Shown piece by piece: positions 8,832 through 18,068 of a stretch of DNA of 64,000 nt. Made by a program: the position numbers and the translations under genes. The stretch's first letter is position 1; each line of letters opens with the position of its first letter. Below the pieces are notes generated by a model. That model worked only from the letters and a program-made list of their open reading frames with translations, had not been told where the DNA came from and made no database searches. The stretch comes from Patescibacteria group bacterium (lineage in GTDB: Bacteria > Patescibacteriota > Minisyncoccia > UBA6257 > JACRHW01): the NCBI GenBank assembly GCA_028865725.1, contig JAGWJP010000003.1, positions 65,697 to 129,696 on the forward strand, in the 5' to 3' direction.

Positions 8832-9278
8832 TTAACGAGATAGTGAAATCGTCTGACTTAATTCGGCATTTGGCGCAGAAACGGTTACTCGCCCCGTGGT
8901 GGCATCCTGATATACTGAATAGGCACTATTGTAGTCGGATGTGCTCGTGTAGTGTGCTCCTGTCGCGCTTGGGTCAAATGGCATGGAGGAAACATAAGTA
9001 GGAACGAGACATCCCGCAATATCATATCCTCCCGTATTTTTCATGGTTGTGCTTGCGGTAGGCAATGACCCTGCAGCACATGTAAAGATACCGTTGTTAT
9101 CTGCCATGTTTTGTCCAATGGCATCTAATATCGTAGTTACATTTGCAGAGCGTTGAGTATTGCGCGCTTGAGCAAATTGTCGCGCAGGATTTAGGGCTAC
9201 AATAACCACTGATGCCAATATGGCAATAATGCCAATCACGACCAAAAGTTCAATAAGAGTAAAACCTTTTTGTTTCAT
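8832..9278 (-). CDS. type IV pilin (major pilin candidate)
   Basis: Class III signal peptide MKQKGFTLIELLVVIGIIAIL (G/FTLIE prepilin cleavage/methylation motif), 148 aa. Confidence 0.88.
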   Translation of the reverse strand: MKQKGFTLIELLVVIGIIAILASVVIVALNPARQFAQARNTQRSANVTTILDAIGQNMADNNGIFTCAAGSLPTASTTMKNTGGYDIAGCLVPTYVSSMPFDPSATGAHYTSTSDYNSAYSVYQDATTGRVTVSAPNAELSQTISLSR

Positions 9279-9365
9279 ATTTTTCGTGAGAGAGAAAGAA
9301 GTAAGCGTACGACCTTTTCAACATATTAAGAATACCACACTAAGAAAAGAAGCTCTATCCACAGA

Positions 9366-9761
9366 TTAAAGAGATGGAATTTCCTCCCAAGCTACTAAAG
9401 AAAGATTCGGGTTAAACTGTACGCTTACCTTCATGTTGGTCACATTGCTTCCTGACACGCCTTTCGTGGTAATAATTTTTTCTCCCGATTGTGATTGAAT
9501 AGGAAAAATTTGACACGTAGAACTTCCCACCGCTACCGTTTGGTTTCCTTGATATGTACTTGAGGCGAGCGCAAGGTTCAGAAGGGCATGCTCCACGCAT
9601 GCATTTGCCAAGGCTGTACTCTCTTCTTTCGAGGTGGTGCGTAGTACGTTCATACGCACGAGATAGCCCCCATAATTTACAGAGAAAACCAGTGCGGAAA
9701 GAATAAGTACCACAAAGATAACTGAAATAAGCATAATGTAGCCTTCTCTATTTTTGTACAT
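9366..9761 (-). CDS. pilus-cluster membrane-anchored hypothetical protein (non-canonical pilin-like N-terminus)
   Basis: N-terminal TM helix MLISVIFVVLILSALVF but no GFTLIE motif. Start trimmed to an internal Met to avoid a 130-nt overlap with the upstream gene. Confidence 0.4.
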   Translation of the reverse strand: MYKNREGYIMLISVIFVVLILSALVFSVNYGGYLVRMNVLRTTSKEESTALANACVEHALLNLALASSTYQGNQTVAVGSSTCQIFPIQSQSGEKIITTKGVSGSNVTNMKVSVQFNPNLSLVAWEEIPSL

Positions 9762-10248
9762 AGAAATTTGAGGAAAAGAGTTTTCCATCGAGCATAAATG
9801 ATGTTTGCAACAATACAATACTGCTGGTCGCATAGGGGAGATACTGTTGGAAGGAGAGTTCTGTCGCTGGAAGGGCATTATTGTTCAGTGGGAGTGGATC
9901 GGCCGAACCAAGTTGTATACGGATATTTCGTTGGTTGTCATCTATTGTAATAGGGTTACTGCCGTAATCTTGTTTAGTAACCACAAGGGCAGGTGTTGTA
10001 GTGCCAATAGCGGGTTCGGTAATGATTGATCCTTCGAGAACCCATTCTATTTTTTTAAGGATAAAATTTGCGTCTTCTTCCACGAGGGATTTTCTCGCTA
10101 TTTCAGTCTGGTTTACCGTAATTGCGTAAAATGTACCAAAGAGCGTTGTAAGGATAAACGAGGTAAGTGCAAGATAGAGTATGGTTTCTAGCAGAGTAAA
10201 CCCAGTGTGGTTATGGAGGACATATCGCTTTTTTCCAAAATATTTCAT
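9748..10248 (-). CDS. prepilin-type N-terminal cleavage/methylation domain protein (minor pilin/pseudopilin)
   Basis: HTGFTLLETILYLAL motif. Confidence 0.8.
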   Translation of the reverse strand: MKYFGKKRYVLHNHTGFTLLETILYLALTSFILTTLFGTFYAITVNQTEIARKSLVEEDANFILKKIEWVLEGSIITEPAIGTTTPALVVTKQDYGSNPITIDDNQRNIRIQLGSADPLPLNNNALPATELSFQQYLPYATSSIVLLQTSFMLDGKLFSSNFYVQK

Positions 10249-10258
10249 GAGGTTTATT

Positions 10259-11668
10259 TTAATTTGAAGGACTTATAATTTGTAATATTTTGGTGCTATC
10301 CATAGAAAGATAAGCGATGTTGTTGAGTACAACAATACCTGTTGGGTTTGCTGATAAGTCAAGAGAACCAAAAAGGTTCGGATTTGATAGATTTGATATA
10401 TCTATGACCTGAAATTCCTTTGAACTATTTTCTGTTGCAAGAAATGCAAGTGTCCCTTCGGCGGCAATACCATTGATCGGGACTCCGCCCACATCATAGC
10501 GCCCTTTGTTTACCGGTGTATTGGGGACAGTGATGTCGACGGGAATGAAATCGTCCCCAATTCCTGTAAACAATGTCGACGGACCACTTGAAAATAAACT
10601 CAGGCCTGATTCTTTGTCAGTAAAATTTATCACCCCTAGTTTTTGGAGCGACGATGGGTTTGTTGCATCAAATATGATAACTTCGTTATTGTGATCCGAG
10701 GTGGCCACGAAAAGGAGGTTGTTGTACTTACTAATGGCATTTACATCCGCATTGATTTCGGTTGTACTTATCCAGACGGGATTTAAAGGATTGGTGACGT
10801 TGAAAACCTGCAGTTCCCCCCCGGGTGATTTGAATGATCCAATGTATGCATATCCATTCTGTACAAAAATACTCTTTCCATTCTGTGTAACGCCGTTCAT
10901 GCGCGCGCTGCTTACGACACGCATGAAAGAAGGATTGCTGATGTCGATGATCTGCAGTTGTGTACTGCCCTGACTTGCCGCAAACGCATAATTTCCGCTT
11001 ACTGATACGTCATTTAATGGATTGCCCGTATTCATGCTCCACAGCACTTGTGGATTATCAGGGTTGGTTACATCAAAACTAATAAAGCTTATGATTCGCG
11101 GGGCCATCCAATATCCTGATGCCACCGTTACGTATGCCACATTGTTTTGTACCGCAATTGAGGTTCCGCTGTAACCTCCTGAAGATCCTGAGCCGATGTC
11201 TACGCTTCCGCGCGCTACGGGATTTCCCCAATCACTCTGAGAACCACCCCCACCCCCTTGTTGTCCTTGGGTGCTTGTACTGTTTGCAATTGACCTCCAG
11301 TCAGTGATAAGAGTGCTCAACTCCACTTGTTCCGTGCGCAAAGGGTCTGTCTTCCATGACACGCGACTGATAATTTGTTTCTCTGAACTTGCTACGTCCG
11401 TGACGTCCAGTTCTTTAAAGAATATATTTTCCGTAGAAGTGCTTGAAATGACGGATGAGAAATTATTATTTGCCATCGCTTTGGCGCTTTCCAGATTTTC
11501 TTGCGCATATGTCAATGCCTCATTATTGTGTTGCGTATAAGTGAGCGCAGACTGATTTTTAAACGCAACACCCACCACGGAAAAAAGGCCGAGTGTTGCG
11601 ATAGAAAGGGCTATAAGTACCTCTAGCAGGGAAAAACCTTTTTGTGAATGCGTTGCGTGTATTACCAT
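10259..11668 (-). CDS. pilin-like protein fused to LVIVD-repeat beta-propeller domain (putative pilus tip/adhesin subunit)
   Basis: N-terminus SQKGFSLLEVLIALSIA (prepilin motif). C-terminal part has about 6 repeats of the ...NNVAYV/GNYAFAA... + LQIIDISNPS / LQVFNVTNPLNP / VIIFDATNPSS / FQVIDISNLSNP type, matching LVIVD repeats (PF08309). Confidence 0.8.
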   Translation of the reverse strand: MVIHATHSQKGFSLLEVLIALSIATLGLFSVVGVAFKNQSALTYTQHNNEALTYAQENLESAKAMANNNFSSVISSTSTENIFFKELDVTDVASSEKQIISRVSWKTDPLRTEQVELSTLITDWRSIANSTSTQGQQGGGGGSQSDWGNPVARGSVDIGSGSSGGYSGTSIAVQNNVAYVTVASGYWMAPRIISFISFDVTNPDNPQVLWSMNTGNPLNDVSVSGNYAFAASQGSTQLQIIDISNPSFMRVVSSARMNGVTQNGKSIFVQNGYAYIGSFKSPGGELQVFNVTNPLNPVWISTTEINADVNAISKYNNLLFVATSDHNNEVIIFDATNPSSLQKLGVINFTDKESGLSLFSSGPSTLFTGIGDDFIPVDITVPNTPVNKGRYDVGGVPINGIAAEGTLAFLATENSSKEFQVIDISNLSNPNLFGSLDLSANPTGIVVLNNIAYLSMDSTKILQIISPSN

Positions 11669-12111
11669 GTTATTTGCCCTGCTGGATTTATTGAAATCAA
11701 GAGAGATTTTTGTGCGGTAGTGAGCGTTATGGTTCCTGATGCAGCCGTTCCCCCTGTTAATTGGTCGAAATCGATCTCAGAGAGCCCTGTTTTGGCTACT
11801 CCCCCCGAAGCGGGAAATATTTCATCGTAGGCGGGATTTCTTGACGCGTATGATGTTCCTTGAAATACGGTGTAGGCATTTTGCTGTATGTAAACGCCGT
11901 GATCAGACTGGTCGAAATTACTCATTGCTTCATTGCGTGCTTTTTGGAGTGTAAACACAATCATATTGCGTTCAGATGTAAGCAGGTAGTCCTGATAAGC
12001 TCCGCTAAAAGAGATGGGGAGCAGTGCTATCAGAATGGTACCGATCCCTATCGTAACAAGGAGTTCCAAAATGGTAAAACCTGTTGTCTTGCTATGCTGA
12101 AAGGAAGCCAT
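11662..12111 (-). CDS. prepilin-type N-terminal cleavage/methylation domain protein (minor pilin)
   Basis: KTTGFTILELLVTIGIGTILIAL motif; start set at the internal Met preceding it. Confidence 0.78.
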   Translation of the reverse strand: MASFQHSKTTGFTILELLVTIGIGTILIALLPISFSGAYQDYLLTSERNMIVFTLQKARNEAMSNFDQSDHGVYIQQNAYTVFQGTSYASRNPAYDEIFPASGGVAKTGLSEIDFDQLTGGTAASGTITLTTAQKSLLISINPAGQITW

Positions 12112-12118
12112 CTTTTCA

Positions 12119-13213
12119 TTAATGAATTGCTTGCGTGACTTGATAGATGGGAGTAATGATAGAAAGTGCGACAAAGGCAACGATACCCCCCATAACGAGA
12201 AGCATAACGGGTTCTAGAATGCTCGTAAGATTGTTCACAAGTTCGTCAAGCTCGCTTTCATAAAAATCGGCTAAGTAGAATAGATTGGGCGACAAGTTTC
12301 CTGTTCGTTCTCCTACTTCAATCATACGACTTAGCGTCGAAGCGAAAATGCGCGGATGTTGTTCGAGAAACGTGTACATAGGCTCTCCTTGTTTTACGCG
12401 TTCTGTGAGCGTGATAAGTGCTTCCTTGTGGGGAATGGTTGGCATAATTTGTGCAGTAATGGAGAGTGCTTCTATAATTTTGATGCCGCTTTGTAATAAA
12501 AATGCAAGCGTTCTCGCAAAGAGTGCCATTTCATAATCCAGCGATATTGGTCCGGCGATGGGGAGCAAAAGCACTCCATATTGATATGCGTTTTTTATCG
12601 CTCGTATCCGAAAGAGAAATGTTACGAGGAGAATAACGAATAAGGAGATGATGATAATGAGGATAAGATGTGTATGAAGGCCGGCGGTAAATGCGATAAG
12701 GAGCCGTGTGGTAAGGGGGAGGGTCACTCCCAGGCTTGTGAGCACGGGAATAATTTTGGGGAGAACAAGAAATACGAGAAGACCGCTAATGCCAAGCGTG
12801 GCGAGAAGAATGATAACTGGATATACGAGCGCAGACTTTATTTTTGAGTGCAATTGTTCGTTCTTTTTTAATTCGAGTGCGAGATGTTCTAAATTTTCTA
12901 CCAATGTTCCGCTGCTCTCTCCTATTCTAATAATGTTGATAAATAAATCTCCGAATGCGGATTTAAATTTTTCTAAAGATGAGGATAGGGGTTGCCCATT
13001 TTCGAGATCCGCTTTTACTGTAAGAAGTATTTTTGCAAAATACGGTCCACGTACCTGCCGTTGTATAATAGATACGCTCTCCACAATCGGCATGCCGGAC
13101 TTGGTCATAATGGCGAGATGTTTGGCAAACAAAATACGGTCTGCAAGAGAGACTGAATGGAACAAGATAATAGGAGACGATTGTTTTTTGGATAACTTGT
13201 TATTCATGTGCAA
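12119..13213 (-). CDS. pilC: type IV pilus assembly platform protein PilC (GspF family)
   Basis: Two T2SS-F repeats and polytopic membrane segments; adjacent to pilin genes and the PilB-like ATPase. Confidence 0.85.
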   Translation of the reverse strand: MHMNNKLSKKQSSPIILFHSVSLADRILFAKHLAIMTKSGMPIVESVSIIQRQVRGPYFAKILLTVKADLENGQPLSSSLEKFKSAFGDLFINIIRIGESSGTLVENLEHLALELKKNEQLHSKIKSALVYPVIILLATLGISGLLVFLVLPKIIPVLTSLGVTLPLTTRLLIAFTAGLHTHLILIIIISLFVILLVTFLFRIRAIKNAYQYGVLLLPIAGPISLDYEMALFARTLAFLLQSGIKIIEALSITAQIMPTIPHKEALITLTERVKQGEPMYTFLEQHPRIFASTLSRMIEVGERTGNLSPNLFYLADFYESELDELVNNLTSILEPVMLLVMGGIVAFVALSIITPIYQVTQAIH

Positions 13214-14429
13214 TGCGTAATACTTCTTCTATCGTGGTAATTCCTTCCGCCACCTTTTTAAACCCATCTTGATACATGGTGGTCATACCCTCCCTGATCG
13301 CAATTTTTTTAATGTCCGCTGCAGACTCATGGTTAATGATCGCGTTACGTATCGCATCGCTTACATCGAGGACTTCATAAATGGGAATACGTCCTCGATA
13401 ACCGCTTTTTCCGCACGCGCTGCACCCCTCTCCTTTATAAATTTTCTGAGGTATTGCGATTCCCTGGGGAAGATTGATGGTGAGAAGTTCCTGTTCCTCT
13501 TTTGTGGGGAAGTGTGGTTTTCGGCAATCAGGGCAAATAACGCGAAGAAGGCGCTGCCCAATCGCCACATTTACCGTTGAAGCAATCAGGAATGGTTCTA
13601 TGCCCATATCAAGGAGGCGGGGAAGCGTGGTGGCAGCATCATTGGTGTGAATGGTTGAGAGGAGCAAATGACCGGTGAGGGCCGCATTTACTGCGATTCC
13701 TGCCGTTTCTTCGTCGCGAATTTCTCCTACCATAATAATATTGGGATCTTGGCGGAGAATTGCGCGAAGGCCATTTGCAAATGTAAGTCCTGTTTGATTG
13801 TTTACTTGAATTTGATCCACATTTTCCAGCGAAAACTCTATAGGATCCTCAATGGTAATAATACTTACAGGAGGTTTATTTAGTTCTTTCAGAAGCGTAT
13901 AAAGAGTTGTCGTTTTACCGCTTCCTGTCGGACCAGTAGCGAGAATCATTCCATATGGTTTTGAAATTGCGTGTTGTACGACACTCAAGTCGCGTTCAGA
14001 AAAGCCCACATTTTTAAGTGAAAATTTATCGCCCTGTTCCACAAGAAGACGAAGAACCGCATTTTCATTATAGTATGTGGGAACAATAGAGACACGGATA
14101 TCAAACGATTTCTTGTCATGTGTTTTAAATTTAATACGGCCGTCTTGCGCGGCTTGGTGCTCATCCGTGCGTAGTTCCGCGAGCACTTTAATGCGGCTGA
14201 TAATTTCTGGTTGTATCCCTTTTGGGAAAGTGAATGCATTATACATGATTCCATCAATACGAAGGCGGATTGCGATACCGTCTTCTCCCGGATCGATGTG
14301 GATATCAGAGGCTCGCGACTCATAGGCGTACTCAATAAGCGAGTTGACGATTAGGATAATCGAAATATCGCGATCCGTTTTTTTAAGTTCGCGCTTAATA
14401 ATATCTTGTGGTGATTCTTCTCCGAACAT
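13200..14429 (-). CDS. GspE/PilB-family secretion ATPase, short form (409 aa, lacks N-terminal domain)
   Basis: Walker A GPTGSGKTT, Asp/His boxes, C-terminal tetra-Cys (CPDC...CSAC). Missing the ~150-aa N-terminal domain that the second copy at 27531 has. Confidence 0.85.
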   Translation of the reverse strand: MFGEESPQDIIKRELKKTDRDISIILIVNSLIEYAYESRASDIHIDPGEDGIAIRLRIDGIMYNAFTFPKGIQPEIISRIKVLAELRTDEHQAAQDGRIKFKTHDKKSFDIRVSIVPTYYNENAVLRLLVEQGDKFSLKNVGFSERDLSVVQHAISKPYGMILATGPTGSGKTTTLYTLLKELNKPPVSIITIEDPIEFSLENVDQIQVNNQTGLTFANGLRAILRQDPNIIMVGEIRDEETAGIAVNAALTGHLLLSTIHTNDAATTLPRLLDMGIEPFLIASTVNVAIGQRLLRVICPDCRKPHFPTKEEQELLTINLPQGIAIPQKIYKGEGCSACGKSGYRGRIPIYEVLDVSDAIRNAIINHESAADIKKIAIREGMTTMYQDGFKKVAEGITTIEEVLRIAHE

Positions 14430-14557
14430 GGGTGATAAACGAGCGTTATATTATTAGTATACCATTCTTTTGTACGACGGGGATATGGTTTCGTGGATGC
14501 GTTTGTTGCACATTATTGTTATGTGATTTATGATAAAATCCATATGGACAATGAATT

Positions 14558-15769
14558 ATGAAGAGAATGTTTCCAGATAAAGATTGGATTTCCCACGCCC
14601 TTACACATAATGTGGAACGTGTGGTGGGGGAAGAGGATCTTGGGCACCGTCTCCTCACCGGACGGCCGCTACGCATTAAATTCGGAGTAGATGTGACACA
14701 TCCGCTTATTCACCTGGGGCACGGAGTGAGTTTATGGAAAATGCGGGAATTTCAGGAGCACGGGCACAAGGTCTTGTTTCTCATAGGGGATTTTACTACC
14801 CGCATCGGTGACCCCACGGGAAAGAGTAAAACACGCCCAGAGCGCACCGAAGCAGAGATAGAACGTGACGCGAGGTTATATATTGAGCAGGTCACCAAGA
14901 TTTTAATTGACGATTCTTCTGTGTTTGAGGTGCGTAGAAATTCGGAATGGTATGGTATGATGCCGCTTAGTGAATTTTTGGGTCTTTGCAGAAAAATTAC
15001 CCATGCACGCCTTATTGAGCGCGATATGTTTCAAAAGCGTATGGGAGAAGGGAGTGAAATTTATATGCATGAGTTGCTCTATCCCATCTTGCAAGGCTAC
15101 GATTCTGTTGTGCTTAAATCCGACCTTACCATCATTGGTTCTGATCAGCTTTTTAATGAGATGATGGGGCGCCACTATCAGACATTATTTGGCCAGTCTC
15201 CCCAAGCCATTATGACGACGGTGATTACCCCAGGGCTTGATGGAAAAGAAAAGCAATCGAAGTCTCTTGGAAACTTTATCGCAATCTCTGATACGCCAAG
15301 CGATATGTATGGCAAAACAATGACACTCCCCGATGAACTTATTGTGACCTATTTCCGCGTGTACACGTTTGCAAGCATGGAGGAGATTGATGCATACGAA
15401 ACTGAACTTAACAACGGTGCAAACCCCCGTGATGTGAAGATGAAACTTGCGCATGCGCTTGTCTCTCTCTATCATGGCACAGAGGCGGCGGACAATGCTC
15501 AGGAGAATTTTGTAAATACGTTTCAGAAGAAACAGGTGGGTGAGGATGTAGGTGAGGTGACCGTGAAACTCCCGCTCAGTATCACGGAGTTTCTTAAAGA
15601 GTCAGGTCATGTGAAATCCAATTCCGAAGCGCGTCGCCTTGTTGATGAGCGCGGTGTTCGTATGGAAGGGGAGACCATTACAGATCCACAACATATGCTT
15701 GAGGAGGGTGACAATGGAAAGATCATCAAGGTAGGAAAACGTTATTTTTACAAGATCGTCACGCAGTAA
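14558..15769 (+). CDS. tyrS: tyrosine--tRNA ligase
   Basis: Class I HIGH (HPLIHLGHG) and KMSKS-like (KQSKSLGN) motifs, C-terminal S4 domain (ARRLVDERGVRMEGE). Confidence 0.9.
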   Translation: MKRMFPDKDWISHALTHNVERVVGEEDLGHRLLTGRPLRIKFGVDVTHPLIHLGHGVSLWKMREFQEHGHKVLFLIGDFTTRIGDPTGKSKTRPERTEAEIERDARLYIEQVTKILIDDSSVFEVRRNSEWYGMMPLSEFLGLCRKITHARLIERDMFQKRMGEGSEIYMHELLYPILQGYDSVVLKSDLTIIGSDQLFNEMMGRHYQTLFGQSPQAIMTTVITPGLDGKEKQSKSLGNFIAISDTPSDMYGKTMTLPDELIVTYFRVYTFASMEEIDAYETELNNGANPRDVKMKLAHALVSLYHGTEAADNAQENFVNTFQKKQVGEDVGEVTVKLPLSITEFLKESGHVKSNSEARRLVDERGVRMEGETITDPQHMLEEGDNGKIIKVGKRYFYKIVTQ

Positions 15770-15779
15770 TCTTGGCGGC

Positions 15780-16740
15780 CTACAAAATGGGGCTCACCCA
15801 TCTTTCTTTATAGTTACACTTTGCCGTAGACTATGAGTTCCAAAAAGGAACCAGGCAAGAAGCAAAGATAGGAAACTTGAATGTATTCCTGGAAGAATTT
15901 TTAAATTTTCGATGGAAGGCACCAGTGCGATGGTTGACGCCTTTTTTCGAAAATTTGAAAACGACGCATGGCGGCGCGTTTAAAAGTTTTTTTCCTGTTT
16001 CGTCCTTTAAGGACTCATCAGTGTCGATTCACATCGACAGACAGGGGGAGAGGAGCGCCTCTCCCACGGACTCGTTTTTCAACAAGTCCTAGTATGATTT
16101 TCTTGGCTTCTGATTTGGCGAGGAATCAGAAGCCGGTTGCGTGTCCGCCCACGGCTTTTTGCAGGAAAGCTCCTGTCGAGACATAGCGCTGCAGGTCTCG
16201 ATTCTGGCTTTGCAACATCACCCATGAACCAGTCGCGACGTGGCTCAAGGGGGTTACACCACTCCATTTGGAAATTGCACCCACCACCCTTGGTAGTCGG
16301 GCGCAACCTCTCTTCTCACACTTGGCGTTTTTAGGGAGTGTGAGAGGAGTGGCTATGGCACTGCGGGAACCCTTCGCCCCGCTTTATAGCTAAACTTACC
16401 CCCGGGTGTGCGGCGGTGAGTTTAGCGCGCGCCGGATATGCCGGCGGGGCGTGTGCCATACACCGTTTTTCAGCCTTTACTGCGAGCGGTCGGTTGCCGC
16501 ACGCGGCACGCGGAGTATCCGCATTTCGTTCTTCACCTCCTTTCTTGTCTAATTACCACGAGAGGGAAGCGAGCTAAGGATTGCGGAGTGTGGTACCTGA
16601 TTCGGATAGTGGGTGTAGTATTAATTCCCAACCGTCAGGGCTTCACAGTTCCACACGTGCTTAGTTCACTTGCGTCTCGTGGCAACTCGCGCTTGACCTT
16701 CTTTCATTGTGCTGCTTGCATTATAGCAAATAGAATTTAA
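15780..16740. ncRNA. ~0.9-kb GC-rich ORF-free island with multiple stable stems; candidate large structured RNA(s), identity unresolved
   Basis: GC about 60-65% versus about 42% in flanks; six-frame ORFs all <100 aa with implausible composition. Perfect hairpins include GGGAGAGG-AGCG-CCTCTCCC (16046-16066) and GCTAAACTTACC...GGTGAGTTTAGC (16388-16426). Strand unknown. Confidence 0.4.
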
Positions 16741-16927
16741 TTTGTCAAGCATAGCTGACATATTGTAGAAAAATACTAGGTTTTTCTTAATATTTACGTA
16801 TAATTTCTATGTCCGAATTTTCTAACACTTTTTGATTTCATATTCATAAGTGAAACTTATGTGTAAACATAGATAAGATAAGGTGTGTATACTAGGTACA
16901 TATTTGACACAAAGGGCCAAGGGAAAC

Positions 16928-16956
16928 TTGACCAAAATATCAGTATGTGCTATAAT
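16928..16956 (+). promoter_or_regulatory. near-consensus sigma70 promoter TTGACC-N17-(TGc)TATAAT
   Basis: TTGACC 16928-16933, 17-nt spacer ending TGC, TATAAT 16951-16956. Confidence 0.6.
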
Positions 16957-16962
16957 TTATTC

Positions 16963-17256
16963 GAGTAACGTTGGAGGACAATCGAAATGAACTGGTAGGA
17001 TGAAAAGACTGGCGGGTTAAGAGGGTTTAGGGGAGGTGTAAAAAACATCGCTTGCACCCGCTCTCTCCGTCCAGTATTTTTCACTCTTTTCATTTTTCGA
17101 GTTTTCCAACAAGAAAGGAGGAGTCGCCCATGCTCTGGTAACATAGGCGACGATTTAAAAGGAATGGCGGGGGGGCGCGGAAAAAAGAAAAAGGTTCTTT
17201 ATTCGTATGCCCCCAAGCACCAGAAAGGCCGTGTGGAGACACGGCCTTTATTTTTT
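16963..17256 (+). ncRNA. candidate small RNA (~290 nt), bounded by strong promoter and intrinsic terminator, no ORF
   Basis: Starts ~7 nt after the TATAAT box; ends at the terminator listed at 17226-17256 (stem GGCCGTGT/ACACGGCC + TTTATTTTTT). Only 3-codon ORFs inside, although one has a perfect SD (AAAGGAGG-N7-ATG CTC TGG TAA). Confidence 0.45.
17226..17256 (+). terminator. rho-independent terminator (plus strand)
   Basis: GGCCGTGT-GGAG-ACACGGCC-TTTATTTTTT. Confidence 0.7.
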
Positions 17257-17278
17257 ATGTGGTAATCTTCCTCCAGGC

Positions 17279-18058
17279 TTATTGATTGTATTGTTCGGCG
17301 GCATCCCACGCGAGATTAAAAATTACTCGAAACGAGGAGGCAATATCATTGCTTTGGATCGTAACACCAAGCAACTGCTCGCCATAAGAGATTAAGACGA
17401 GGTAGTCCTGACCATATACAGTGACACTACTTGTAAAAGGGAACTTATCTTTTGGAATATAGCGCGCTTCGCGTAACACGTTTTCGCTTGTGGCACCTGT
17501 GAGAGGGCCTTCAGCGCGGGTGTAAATGACTTTGTTGCGAAGTTTTTTATTTGAACGCTCTTTGCTGTAGGTTGATTCATAGTTCGGGAAGACGCGGAGG
17601 AGTTCATCAAGAGGGGTGAACCCCACAATCTCTTCCGTGACCGTCTCCGCAAGACGCAAAAATTCTTCTTGCATCGCGATAATACCTTCTTTTCCTTCGT
17701 AAAATTTTACTTTTGGTCTATTTTCCGTGAGATTGAAGAGCGCTTTGAGTTCAGGAATAATTTCTTGGAGGTAGGTGTGTTTGAGCGCAATGTCCGCTTT
17801 CTCTTTTTCAAGGAGACGATCAAGCTGTTCAGGGGATTCCGCGGAAAACAATGTTTTTTTTCCTGATTCTGCAGTGGTAACAAGTCCGTTTTTCATGAGG
17901 GAGTCGAGAATCACGTACGTGGTAGGGCGTTGTACCTCTGCTTTTTTCGCGATATGTTGTACCGTGGCCTGTCCTAATTCAAGAGTTGCAAGATAGACTT
18001 TTGCTTCTTTTTCCGAGAGGCCGAGTTTTTCAAGATTGCGTTCAAGGGGCGTATTCAT
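17279..18058 (-). CDS. TrmB-family transcriptional regulator (sugar-responsive type)
   Basis: N-terminal wHTH LGLSEKEAKVYLATLELGQATVQHIAKKAEVQRPTTYVILDSLMKNGLV typical of TrmB; C-terminal effector domain. Confidence 0.75.
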   Translation of the reverse strand: MNTPLERNLEKLGLSEKEAKVYLATLELGQATVQHIAKKAEVQRPTTYVILDSLMKNGLVTTAESGKKTLFSAESPEQLDRLLEKEKADIALKHTYLQEIIPELKALFNLTENRPKVKFYEGKEGIIAMQEEFLRLAETVTEEIVGFTPLDELLRVFPNYESTYSKERSNKKLRNKVIYTRAEGPLTGATSENVLREARYIPKDKFPFTSSVTVYGQDYLVLISYGEQLLGVTIQSNDIASSFRVIFNLAWDAAEQYNQ

Positions 18059-18068
18059 GGAAACGCTA

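Noticed and set aside
16537-16548. CACCTCCTTTCT resembling the 3' end of 16S rRNA inside the GC-rich island
   Set aside because: No upstream 16S conserved blocks (no GTCGTAACAAGG, 1492R or 1100 regions); treated as an isolated anti-SD-like dodecamer, not an rRNA gene.
15780-17256. Attempted assignment of the GC-rich island or the adjacent sRNA unit to tmRNA, RNase P RNA, SRP RNA or 6S RNA
   Set aside because: I could find only short partial resemblances (GAUUCUGG; AGUCCGUGGG on the reverse strand) and none of the diagnostic blocks (tRNA-like T-arm plus CCA acceptor, P4 strands, domain IV GGAA motif); left unassigned rather than guessed.
17207-17395. 62-aa plus-strand ORF spanning the 17226-17256 terminator and the 3' end of the TrmB gene
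   Set aside because: Runs through a strong intrinsic terminator and antisense to a real gene; spurious.
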